A DNA stretch of 64,000 nt from Salinispira sp. (GTDB lineage: Bacteria; Spirochaetota; Spirochaetia; DSM-27196; Salinispiraceae), in the NCBI GenBank assembly GCA_965226555.1, contig CBDDDG010000001.1:88248-152247 (forward strand), in the 5' to 3' direction. Shown here one piece after another: positions 1-8,322 of this stretch (the stretch's first letter is position 1; each line of letters begins with the position of its first letter). The notes under the pieces are model-generated. The model had not been told where the DNA came from and searched no databases. It saw only the letters and a list, made by a program, of their open reading frames with translations. The position numbers and the translations under genes are program-made.

Positions 1-837
1 TTTAGGTGCTTCCTGCTTGGGCGCTTCCTGTTTGGGTGCTTCCTGCTTGGGCGGAGTGCTGTCTTTGTCGGGCGGAGTAGTGTCAGCCTTTTCCTGCTTG
101 GGTGCTTCCTGCTGAGGCGCTTCTTGCTTTGGTGTTTCTTGCTTGGGTGCTTCCTGCTGAGGCGCTTCCTGTTTAGGTACTACCTTCTTCTTTGGTGCTT
201 CTTGCTTGGGCGTTTCCTGCTTGGGTGCTTCTTGCTGAGGCGTTTCCTGCTTGGGTACTACCTTCTTCTTTGGTGTTTCTTGCTTGGGCGCTTCCCGCTT
301 GGGCGCTTCCCGCTTGGGTGTTTCTGGCTTAGGCGCTTCCTGTTTAGGTGCTTCCTGCTGAGGCGCCTCCTGTTTAGGTGCTTCCTGCTTGGGCGCTTCT
401 TGCTTGGGCGCTTCCTGTTTAGGTGCTTCCTGCTTGGGCGCTTCCTGCTTTGGCGCTTCTTGCTGAGGCGCTTCCTGCTTGGGCGCTTCCCGCTTCTTAG
501 GTACTACCTTCTTCTTTGGTGCTTCCTGCTTGGGCGCTTCCTGCTTGGGTGCTTCCCGCTTGGGCGTTTCCTGCTGAGGCGTTTCCTGCTTTGGCGCTTC
601 CTGCTTGGGCGTTTCCTGCTTGGGCGCTTCTTGCTTGGGCGCTTCCTGTTTAGGTGCTTCCTGCTTGGGCGCTTCCTGCTTTGGCGCTTCTTGCTGAGGC
701 GCTTCCTGCTTGGGCGTTTCCTGCTTGGGCGTTTCCCGCTTGGGCGTTTCCTGCTGAGGCGTTTCCTGCTTGGGTGTTTCTGGCTTTGGCGTTTCCTGCT
801 TAGGTATGTCTGGTTTTTCGTTCATATGATCCTCCAT
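1..837 (-). CDS. Partial CDS (first 279 codons; continues past window start): low-complexity protein of tandem PKQE(A/T) pentapeptides punctuated by KKKVVP
   Basis: Hand translation of the minus strand. ATG at 837-835 forms a TAATG overlap with the ssb stop. The frame stays open to position 1 (MEDHMNEKPDIPKQETPKPETPKQETPQQETPKRE...EAPKQEKADTTPPDKDSTPPKQEAPKQEAPK). A 15-nt DNA period is visible across 1-800. It is absent from the ORF track because there is no stop inside the window. Confidence 0.6.
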   Translation of the reverse strand, partial: MEDHMNEKPDIPKQETPKPETPKQETPQQETPKRETPKQETPKQEAPQQEAPKQEAPKQEAPKQEAPKQEAPKQETPKQEAPKQETPQQETPKREAPKQEAPKQEAPKKKVVPKKREAPKQEAPQQEAPKQEAPKQEAPKQEAPKQEAPKQEAPKQEAPQQEAPKQEAPKPETPKREAPKREAPKQETPKKKVVPKQETPQQEAPKQETPKQEAPKKKVVPKQEAPQQEAPKQETPKQEAPQQEAPKQEKADTTPPDKDSTPPKQEAPKQEAPKQEAPK

Positions 838-1301
838 TAAAAGGGAATATCGTCATCAAAACTGCTGTCAAATGATTCTGGTGATTCTGGCGCAGCAGTA
901 CTTCCATTGCCGGTATTGGCATTTGTTTGTTGATGTGCGCGTTGATCGTTTCGTTGATCGTTTCGAGAAGAACCGCCGATGAGTTGAATATCGTTTACAA
1001 AAATTTCAACCCTGCTGCGGTTCTGTGATGTCTGCTTATCCTGCCAGCGATTCTGCTGAAGCGTTCCCTGAAGTGCAACCTGCTTTCCTTTCAGCAGATA
1101 ACGCTGAAGAGCGTCGGCTCTGCGCCCCAGCATAACGGCATCGAAGAAATGGCTTTCTTCAACCCATTGGTCGCCGTCTTTTCTGCTTTGCGTATTCGCA
1201 ATGGAAAAACGGACAATTGCGGTTCCTGATGCGCTGTATTTTGCTTCCGAATCGCGGGTAAGGCGGCCGATAATTAATACGGAATTAATGTCTGTTACCA
1301 T
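837..1301 (-). CDS. ssb: Single-stranded DNA-binding protein
   Basis: 154 aa. OB-fold N-terminus (VLIIGRLTRDSEAKYSASGTAIVRFSIA), a Q/N/G-rich linker and the canonical acidic tail DDDIPF. Lies directly downstream of rpsF. Confidence 0.95.
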   Translation of the reverse strand: MVTDINSVLIIGRLTRDSEAKYSASGTAIVRFSIANTQSRKDGDQWVEESHFFDAVMLGRRADALQRYLLKGKQVALQGTLQQNRWQDKQTSQNRSRVEIFVNDIQLIGGSSRNDQRNDQRAHQQTNANTGNGSTAAPESPESFDSSFDDDIPF

Positions 1302-1312
1302 AAGTTTCTCCT

Positions 1313-1594
1313 TTATTCGTTGCAGCGGATTACAAGAATGCGGATTAAATTCTCAATGAGAGCGACATTCTTTTCAATTTGATGAGCCTTGTCAGGCTCC
1401 ATGGTAAATTTGAATACAAGATAGTGTGCATCAAGCTGATTTTTTATGGGATAGGACAGCATCCGAACACCCATGTCATGTTCCGAGATTGATTCTGCCC
1501 CCAGTTCTGTAATGTGGGAAAGAATCTCTTTTTTGCCGCTGGTGAACAGATCTTCTTCAGACCTGAATACACAGGCTGCTTCATAGGTTCGCAT
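1313..1594 (-). CDS. rpsF: 30S ribosomal protein S6
   Basis: MRTYEAACVFRSEEDLF...YLVFKF is S6-like. ATG at 1594 is preceded by GGAGGAAAC. The ORF-track start at 1636 is an upstream GTG without an RBS. Confidence 0.9.
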   Translation of the reverse strand: MRTYEAACVFRSEEDLFTSGKKEILSHITELGAESISEHDMGVRMLSYPIKNQLDAHYLVFKFTMEPDKAHQIEKNVALIENLIRILVIRCNE

Positions 1595-1805
1595 GTTTCC
1601 TCCTTGCGGACCAATCGGCGAAGCTTCAGACCTCACCGAAATTGACTATCCTGTATCCATCCTCTTTTCAGGTCAGGAACAGCCAGAATAGTAAAGAGAC
1701 AGGAATATCATCCTGCAATATATATCGTGTATTGAATGATTATTACACAATAAGAATCATCCTACTACAGAAAAAATAGTGTGTCAATTCATTGTCAAGT
1801 TATTT

Positions 1806-1911
1806 TTGGGAAATAAACACGGATGGAAACAGTGAACAGCAGTATCACATATTCTCAGTATCATCGCAAGTCTCGGAAGTATCAGGCTGCGGCTGCGATG
1901 TATGATTGGCG
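1806..1911 (+). mobile_element. Remnant of the 5-prime end of an IS481-like element (left IR-like sequence plus first ~15 codons of the transposase)
   Basis: 1824-1911 aligns by eye with 51861-51948 (GGAAACAGTGAACAG(C/T)AGTATCACATATTCTCAGTATCATC...GTATGATTGGCG). 1806-1823 (TTGGGAAATAAACACGGA) resembles the left IR TTGGGATATAAACCTTTGGA at 51769. No transposase body follows. Confidence 0.6.
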
Positions 1912-1976
1912 ATTTAATATCATTAATTACAATTGCCTGATCTATTTTTTCTTTCACAATTATACCTTATCATCAC

Positions 1977-3167
1977 TCATTTCAGTGCATTGATAATTTC
2001 CACCACCTGCTTTACTTTCTGCCCAGACCCCTGCCTGCTTATAAGCAGGGCATCTTCTGTTTCTACAACGATTAGGTCGTCTATGTCAATAAGCGCGATC
2101 TGTTTTTTCGGATGCTGTTGAGTAATGACCATGTTTCGCTGCGCATCAATGTGGATCGGCGTGGCGGTATGGGGTGTATTGGGCGGCTGCGGAGCCGAAG
2201 CCTGCGGAGCTGAAACAAACAGGTTATCCCCGGATGTCCGCGTAAGGGCATTTTCATTTCCGCTTTCGGGGCTGCGGTAGTACTCGTACAGGGAATCTAG
2301 GCTGCCGAGGTCGCTCCAGCCGAAACTGCAGGGCAGTACGGTAATGCGGTTACTGTGCTCCATGACTGCGTAGTCGATGGAGACCGATGGAATTGCCTCC
2401 ATGAGCTCAGTCTGCGGCTGCCAGAATTGACGCCCGGGCTGGCTGTTGGGCGAGGCGGCGGGCGGCGGAGCGAATGCAGTGCCGGCACTATCTGCCTGAA
2501 CAGCGCGGGCGCAGGCATCATGAACTTCGGGGGCATGAAGGCTCAGTTCTTCCAGCAGAACGCCTGCTTTGAAGCAGAACATGCCGCTGTTCCAGTAATA
2601 GTTGCCGGCCCGCAGGTACTCGGCGGCAGTTGCCTCATTGGGTTTTTCACGGAATGACCTGACCGCATAGGAGTTCTGCGGGGAGCTGACCGCGGTATCC
2701 GCTTCAATGTAGCCGTAGCCTGTTTCCGGGCGGGTCGGAGTAATTCCGAAGGTTACGATACGTCCGGCTCCTGCTATATCGATGGCGCAGGTAAGCGTTT
2801 CGCAGTAGGCTTTCACCCGAGTAATTATATGATCCGAGGGAAGCACAATGAATATATCGTGCGGATCGGCGAGCATGGCTGCAAGCGCAATGGCAGGAGC
2901 AGTGTTTCGGGCAATCGGCTCAATGATGGAGAAATACTCGTCAATGCCCAGCCTCTGCAGCTGCTCACATGCCAGAGTAGTCTGCTGACTGTTTGCGGCG
3001 ATCATGAGCTGCGATGTTAGCATGCGGTTCCTTTCCACCGTGCGTTCGAAGAGCGTCTGCCCGGGCAGAATGGGGGCAAACTGCTTCGGCAGCTCAGGCC
3101 GGGAAAGCGGCCAGAGGCGGGTGCCCATGCCGCCGCAGAGTATGAGCGTGATAACTTTACCGATCAT
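1977..3167 (-). CDS. manC: Mannose-1-phosphate guanylyltransferase
   Basis: 396 aa. N-terminal nucleotidyltransferase motif LCGGMGTRLWPLSRPELPKQF. GMP-type core (IVLPSDH, GYGYIE, YYWNSGMFCF). ATGA overlap with the upstream epimerase gene. Confidence 0.85.
   Translation of the reverse strand: MIGKVITLILCGGMGTRLWPLSRPELPKQFAPILPGQTLFERTVERNRMLTSQLMIAANSQQTTLACEQLQRLGIDEYFSIIEPIARNTAPAIALAAMLADPHDIFIVLPSDHIITRVKAYCETLTCAIDIAGAGRIVTFGITPTRPETGYGYIEADTAVSSPQNSYAVRSFREKPNEATAAEYLRAGNYYWNSGMFCFKAGVLLEELSLHAPEVHDACARAVQADSAGTAFAPPPAASPNSQPGRQFWQPQTELMEAIPSVSIDYAVMEHSNRITVLPCSFGWSDLGSLDSLYEYYRSPESGNENALTRTSGDNLFVSAPQASAPQPPNTPHTATPIHIDAQRNMVITQQHPKKQIALIDIDDLIVVETEDALLISRQGSGQKVKQVVEIINALK
1999..2096. 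repeat. Left copy of a 98-bp inverted repeat (3-prime end of manC); partner at 19596-19693
   Basis: The reverse complement of 1999-2096 matches 19596-19693 with about 3 mismatches by eye. Confidence 0.85.
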
Positions 3168-4162
3168 CCTTCAGAAACCGTATTTCCTTCAGGAATAAGG
3201 TCGGCAATTGTGCGGCGTATTCCCTCCGCCAAGCTCACCTCCGGCGTAAAATGCAGTTCTTTTCGCTTCTCTGAAGCAACCTGAGTGTTTGCGCAGAATT
3301 TTTTTATGCGGATGGCGCTGATGGCAAATTTCTTTGATGTAATGCCTGCGATAACATCGCAGAGCATACCACCCATATATACCAGCCAGTACGGCATTCT
3401 CAGAAAACCGGAAGAGATGCCCATCTCCCTCCTCACCAGAGTAACAAATTCATTCATATCCATATCCGGCTGATCGGCATAATTATATAGATGGATTCCC
3501 GCGGGCAACGCGAAATTGGAGGCGGGCTGCGCTGAATGAGCGCAGTGCTCCAGAAAGGAAGCAATGTTTTCAACATAACTCATAGATTTTCTGTTTCTGC
3601 CATTACCCACCATAATAAAAAAACCGGAAATTATTTGTCTGAGCAGATTATACACATTACCCCTGTTGCCTTCACCGAATACCACTGAGGGCCGTACGAT
3701 AATGAGCCTGCGAGTCTGCGGTTTTTCTTTCTGCCAGTTACTGTATATCTGTTCGGCCTGCAGCTTTGTTCGTCCGTATTCATTGAATGGTTCCGGTGTA
3801 TCGTTCTCACTGGTACAGCTCCCCGAGAGGCTGTACACAGCAACCGAAGATGTAAACACTATGGTCTGTATATCATGTCGGCGCGCTGCCTCACAGACAT
3901 TGCGCGCGCCGTCAACATTTACCTCCGTATAAAGACTCACGGGGGTAACATTATCTTTGTGCTCGGCCGCAAGATTAACAATAACCGAAGTTCCCGCAAG
4001 CGCAGACGAAAGTTCATCGGCACTTCTGACATCCGCAGAGATCACTTCATAGCCCCGAGCGGATTGTTGAATATCAATAATACGGAATTGTTTTTTATGT
4101 TCTGTTAAACGCTTTGCCAGACGGGAGCCAATGAATCCCGACCCGCCGATAACTGCAATCAT
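3164..4162 (-). CDS. NAD-dependent epimerase/dehydratase family protein
   Basis: Starting at ATG 4162 places the Rossmann motif at the N-terminus (MIAVIGGSGFIGSRL). The ORF-track start 4252 adds 30 aa with no motif. SDR-type YxxxK (YGRTK). Confidence 0.8.
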   Translation of the reverse strand: MIAVIGGSGFIGSRLAKRLTEHKKQFRIIDIQQSARGYEVISADVRSADELSSALAGTSVIVNLAAEHKDNVTPVSLYTEVNVDGARNVCEAARRHDIQTIVFTSSVAVYSLSGSCTSENDTPEPFNEYGRTKLQAEQIYSNWQKEKPQTRRLIIVRPSVVFGEGNRGNVYNLLRQIISGFFIMVGNGRNRKSMSYVENIASFLEHCAHSAQPASNFALPAGIHLYNYADQPDMDMNEFVTLVRREMGISSGFLRMPYWLVYMGGMLCDVIAGITSKKFAISAIRIKKFCANTQVASEKRKELHFTPEVSLAEGIRRTIADLIPEGNTVSEG

Positions 4163-4248
4163 AACTGCCTCTGTATGTCTCTTCTCATATCCCTTTACTA
4201 TAGCACACAACATATAAGTAGTCAGCCCAGGAGGCGCAGCCTCCGCCA

Positions 4249-5058
4249 TCAATCATCATCACTACCGCCGCCCAACTCCAACTGAGGCACCGACTGAACG
4301 GCATTCCCTGCAATGCCCTTATTCAGAACAAGTAGGTGCCGAGCTTCGCGCAGAAAGGGTACTTCAAGGGGGAGGAGCTGGTGCCCCTGTGGGAGCGGGC
4401 CGCCGAAATTTTCAAGAATTGTATTTTTGCGCCCTGTGTATGCGGCTATCCAGCCGCCGGAGTTCAGCAGGCGCATCTGTAGCCGACATTGTTCGGGGGT
4501 GAAGGGGCGGAAGGCGCGGGATGTTACTACATCGAAGCGCCGTTCGGCGAGGTCTTCAGCGCGCTGTTCATGTATGTGTACCATGTTTTTCAGTCCGAGG
4601 ATTGGGATGATGTTATGCAGGAATGCGCATCGCCTACGCTGCTTTTCAATGAGGTGCATGCGAAATTCCGCGCGGGTGCCGACTTCTGGGGGGGCGCCGG
4701 CTTTCGCGCTGTCGCGAAATTCTGGGGAGGCGCCGGCTTCTGTGGAGGCGCCGGCTTCCATATGGTCGCGGAATGTCAGCGCGAGTACAATGCCCGGGAG
4801 ACCTGCCCCGCTCCCTAAGTCGGCAACGGAAATCTTCCTGCGGATATTCAGAAGATCGCCGAACCAGAAAAAGGCTGCTGCTGAATCGAGAATGTGCCTG
4901 ACCACAAGCTCTCTTTCCGTGGCTTTTACAAGTCCGGCGCGGGAATTCCAGAGCAGAATTTCATCAATGTAACGTTTGAGAGATATGAACAGCGAGTCCG
5001 AGTATAGAGCGAGTTGGCGAAGTCCATGTGCGAGCAGGCGCTCATTGTTCTGAGTCAT
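4249..5058 (-). CDS. rsmG: 16S rRNA (guanine527-N7)-methyltransferase RsmG (GidB), with a low-complexity insertion
   Basis: SAM motif VADLGSGAGLPGIVLA. Downstream of mnmG, the classical gidA-gidB order. Insert: EAGASTEAGASPEFRDSAKAGAPPEVG. Confidence 0.85.
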   Translation of the reverse strand: MTQNNERLLAHGLRQLALYSDSLFISLKRYIDEILLWNSRAGLVKATERELVVRHILDSAAAFFWFGDLLNIRRKISVADLGSGAGLPGIVLALTFRDHMEAGASTEAGASPEFRDSAKAGAPPEVGTRAEFRMHLIEKQRRRCAFLHNIIPILGLKNMVHIHEQRAEDLAERRFDVVTSRAFRPFTPEQCRLQMRLLNSGGWIAAYTGRKNTILENFGGPLPQGHQLLPLEVPFLREARHLLVLNKGIAGNAVQSVPQLELGGGSDDD

Positions 5059-5133
5059 GCTGATGTTCCGCCTAATGCGCTTCCCGCTGCGTTGCGCGGG
5101 CGCGGGGAAGCCGGCGGGCGCGGGGAAGTCGGT

Positions 5134-7194
5134 TTATATTTCAAGTGTAGTGGTATTGAGCATGGATTCGCTCAGTTTTTTCTGAGATGGGCTCTGATCG
5201 GCGCGGCGGGCTGCTGCAACCATAAGAATGGCAAGGTCGGAGCTGCGGACGCCGCTGATGCGCCCCGCCTGCCCTATTGAAAGGGGGCGAATGTTCTTGA
5301 ATTTTTCACGGGCCTCATTGGACAAGCCCCGTACTCCATCATAATTGAAGCTCTGAGGAATTTTCATATTCTCCATCTTGGTAAAGCGGAGAATCTGTTC
5401 TTCCTGCCGAGCGACATAGCCTTCGTATTTTATATCAATTTCAACTTGGCGGAGCCATTCAAGGGGATGGTCACTGAGGAGATCAGGATCAATCTGCATA
5501 AGATTTTCAATGGATACGGTCGGATTTTTCAATATCTGCATAAATGTTTTTCCCGGAAGCCGAGCGGAATTGCCGGTGGGCGGTCTGGCAGAATGGCGCG
5601 GGGTGGAAATGCTCATGGCCGACTGCGCTCTGTCGAGTTCATGCGCCGAGAGGCGGCGGTGGGCGAGGAGTTCCTTAATTGCCGCTATGCCCTGTTGCTT
5701 GTCTCTGAATTGTTGCCAGGCGGCAGCGCTGTGCAATCCGATATCCCGCCCGCGGGCGTACAGGCGCATGTCTGAGGAATCGTGGCGGAGGCTGATGCGA
5801 TGTTCCGCGCGTGAAGTGAACATTCGGTAGGGTTCCTTTGTGCCAAGGGTTACCAAATCGTCTATGAGTACGCCGATGTAGGCCTCTGCCCGTGAGAGGA
5901 TGAGAGGGTCGCGTCCTCTCAGGCTCAAGGCGGCGTTAATACCTGCCATAAGCCCCTGGGCGGCGGCTTCTTCATATCCGCTTGTTCCGTTTGTCTGCCC
6001 GGCAATGTACAGGCCCCGGCAGAGTTTTGCCTCAAGACTGGGATACAGCTGGCTCGGATCAATATGGTCGTATTCAACTGCATAGCCCGGGCGCATGATG
6101 ACGGCATGCTCCAGTCCGGGGATGCTGTGAATAAAATGTTCCTGAACATCCTCCGGGAGCGATGTGGAAATACCGTTCAGGTACATCTCCTTTGTTTCAA
6201 GTCCTTCCGGTTCTACAAAAATCTGATGACGTTCCCGCTGGGGAAATTTTACGACCTTATCTTCTATGGACGGACAGTAACGCGGGCCGACTCCTTCTAT
6301 GGCGCCGGAAAAAAGGGGCGAGCGGTGCATGTTTTCGTTAATGATTCGATGTGTTTCAGGAGTTGTGAAGGTGATGTAACAGGGCTCATTCGGGCGGTTG
6401 GGCCGTTCACGGGTGAAGGAGAAGGGGAGCATTTCATCGTCTCCAAACTGCGGCTGCATTTTGCCAAGGTCGAGGCTGTCGCGGTGAACCCGGGCGGGGG
6501 TGCCGGTTTTCATGCGGCCCATGCGGAAGCCGAGCCCGCAGAGGGTGCTTTCCAGACCCCGTGCGGCAGGTTCGCCAATGCGCCCCGCGCTCGCGCTGAA
6601 CTCCCCAATGTGAATTTTACCGTTCAGGAAGGTTCCTGTTGTAAGTACGACCCGGGATGCGCTCATGCGCCGGCCCCGTTCGGTTATAACTCCGCGGATC
6701 GCGCTCCCATCAACATCCTGCTTGCTCCCGCCCGCATTCTGTCCATCAGCATCCTGCTTGCTCCCGCCCGCATTCTGTCCATCAGCATTCTGTCCGTCTG
6801 AATCCAGCAGAAAGTCGATGACCGTATCCTGAAAAAGCTGAAGATTTTTCTCGTTTTCCAGCGTTTTTTTCGCTTCTATCTGGTAGCGCATTTTGTCGGC
6901 CTGCGCCCGCGGCGCCTGCACCGAAGGTCCCTTGCGCCGGTTGAGCACCCGATACTGAATCATGGTCTTGTCGATGAGCCTGCCCATTTCTCCGCCAAGA
7001 GCATCAATTTCCCTGACCATATTGCCCTTCGCGAGTCCGCCAACGGCAGGGTTGCACGATAATTTTCCAATGCAGTCGAGGTTCATGGTAATGAGAAGGG
7101 TGCGGAAGCCCAGCCGTGCCGAAGCAAGCGAGGCTTCAATGCCCGCGTGACCGCCGCCGACAACAATAATGTCAAAATCAGTATTCATCTTCAT
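5134..7194 (-). CDS. mnmG: tRNA uridine 5-carboxymethylaminomethyl modification enzyme MnmG (GidA)
   Basis: 686 aa. FAD motif [14 protein letters not shown], plus [11 protein letters not shown] and [17 protein letters not shown]. Contains a tandem 12-aa insert. Confidence 0.95.
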   Translation of the reverse strand: MKMNTDFDIIVVGGGHAGIEASLASARLGFRTLLITMNLDCIGKLSCNPAVGGLAKGNMVREIDALGGEMGRLIDKTMIQYRVLNRRKGPSVQAPRAQADKMRYQIEAKKTLENEKNLQLFQDTVIDFLLDSDGQNADGQNAGGSKQDADGQNAGGSKQDVDGSAIRGVITERGRRMSASRVVLTTGTFLNGKIHIGEFSASAGRIGEPAARGLESTLCGLGFRMGRMKTGTPARVHRDSLDLGKMQPQFGDDEMLPFSFTRERPNRPNEPCYITFTTPETHRIINENMHRSPLFSGAIEGVGPRYCPSIEDKVVKFPQRERHQIFVEPEGLETKEMYLNGISTSLPEDVQEHFIHSIPGLEHAVIMRPGYAVEYDHIDPSQLYPSLEAKLCRGLYIAGQTNGTSGYEEAAAQGLMAGINAALSLRGRDPLILSRAEAYIGVLIDDLVTLGTKEPYRMFTSRAEHRISLRHDSSDMRLYARGRDIGLHSAAAWQQFRDKQQGIAAIKELLAHRRLSAHELDRAQSAMSISTPRHSARPPTGNSARLPGKTFMQILKNPTVSIENLMQIDPDLLSDHPLEWLRQVEIDIKYEGYVARQEEQILRFTKMENMKIPQSFNYDGVRGLSNEAREKFKNIRPLSIGQAGRISGVRSSDLAILMVAAARRADQSPSQKKLSESMLNTTTLEI
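6714..6800. repeat. In-frame 36-bp tandem duplication (2 full copies plus a partial) inside mnmG
   Basis: CATCCTGCTTGCTCCCGCCCGCATTCTGTCCATCAG at 6714-6749 and 6750-6785. Encodes [12 protein letters not shown] twice. Confidence 0.9.
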
Positions 7195-8303
7195 AGCATC
7201 GTATTCGCCTTCGCCTTCACATTGCTACTGCGCTTTTTTCGGCGGCCCTTCCTGCCAATCCAACCCTTGAGTCTGAAAAATAATCCCAGACCGGCGGCAA
7301 TGGCGAGCATAACAAACAATACAAGCGGATATACCCAGGGAATACTCAGCTCAGGCATGTTTTGAAAATTCATTCCATACACACCGGATATGAATGTCAG
7401 TGGTATAAAAATAGTAGAGATAATCGCGAGCACCTTCATAATCTCATTCATTCTGTTACCCTGAAGAGCGGCATAAAGCCCAAGCTGATCACTGAGCATT
7501 TCACGGTAGCTGTCTACGGCATCGCGTACCTGCCGAATCTGATCCCGCAAATCCTGATAAAACGGATAACTCGCCTCCTGAATAATGCGATGATCCGACT
7601 TCAGAATCTGCTCAATAATTCCGATGACAGGGCGGGTAAAACGGCGAACCTCGGCAAAATCGCGCTTAAGCTTTCGTACAAAACGAATAATGTATTCATC
7701 GTGGTAACGGAATATTTCATCTTCAAATATTTCCACCTGCTCCCCCAGCGTTTCAATTGTAAGAACATAGTGGTCAATGGCGGCATCCAACATGGAGAAC
7801 ACAAGGTAATCTGTCCCCATTTGCCGCGCGCGTCCCAAATTATCCCTGAGCCTCCGCCGAATCTGATCGAACACATCGCCCTGAACTTCCTGAATGGTTA
7901 TGACACATTGCCGGGTAATAATAATGTTGAGCTGCTCCGCGACAATAAGATCGCCATCGAGCGAAAGCATCTTAACAATCATATAGCTGTATTCAGGATG
8001 ATCCTCATACTTGGGAGCGTGCGCATCGTTGGCAATATCTTCAATGGTGAGCGGATGAATTCCATAGTACGATGCAATACTTTCCAACGCAGTTCTGTTA
8101 TTCCCGACAATATTGACCCAGTGCAGACACTTCGGATTCAGATTCCACTCTTCCGGCCGGTACGATGCAAGCACCCGCTCCGCGCAGTAATTTTTCGTCC
8201 ACTCAATACAATTCAGTACCGACACCTGATTCCCCGCAGTCTCCGGTAGAGACCCGGGAATAGAATCAATATCAATTTGTTTTGTGCTGATATACTTTGC
8301 CAT
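7191..8303 (-). CDS. corA: Magnesium/cobalt transporter CorA
   Basis: 370 aa. C-terminal YGMNF (GMN motif) between two hydrophobic helices. ATGA-type overlap with mnmG. Confidence 0.9.
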   Translation of the reverse strand: MAKYISTKQIDIDSIPGSLPETAGNQVSVLNCIEWTKNYCAERVLASYRPEEWNLNPKCLHWVNIVGNNRTALESIASYYGIHPLTIEDIANDAHAPKYEDHPEYSYMIVKMLSLDGDLIVAEQLNIIITRQCVITIQEVQGDVFDQIRRRLRDNLGRARQMGTDYLVFSMLDAAIDHYVLTIETLGEQVEIFEDEIFRYHDEYIIRFVRKLKRDFAEVRRFTRPVIGIIEQILKSDHRIIQEASYPFYQDLRDQIRQVRDAVDSYREMLSDQLGLYAALQGNRMNEIMKVLAIISTIFIPLTFISGVYGMNFQNMPELSIPWVYPLVLFVMLAIAAGLGLFFRLKGWIGRKGRRKKRSSNVKAKANTML

Positions 8304-8322
8304 AAGTCCTCACCAGCCCGCC

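Noticed and set aside
124-840. 238-aa plus-strand ORF of LLGRF/LLRRF repeats
   Set aside because: It is the antisense shadow of the minus-strand PKQEA repeat gene. It has no RBS. Its Leu/Phe/Arg/Cys-only composition is typical of a repeat read in the wrong frame. The minus frame is coupled to ssb.
7362-8249. 295-aa plus-strand ORF antisense to corA (similar cases: 6064-6801 antisense to mnmG; 8836-9624 and 10851-11379 antisense to the M16 peptidase; 12682-13218 antisense to fumC)
   Set aside because: These lie fully inside well-supported genes on the other strand. They carry no recognisable motifs and have Arg/Ser/Leu-rich odd composition. I treat them as shadow ORFs.
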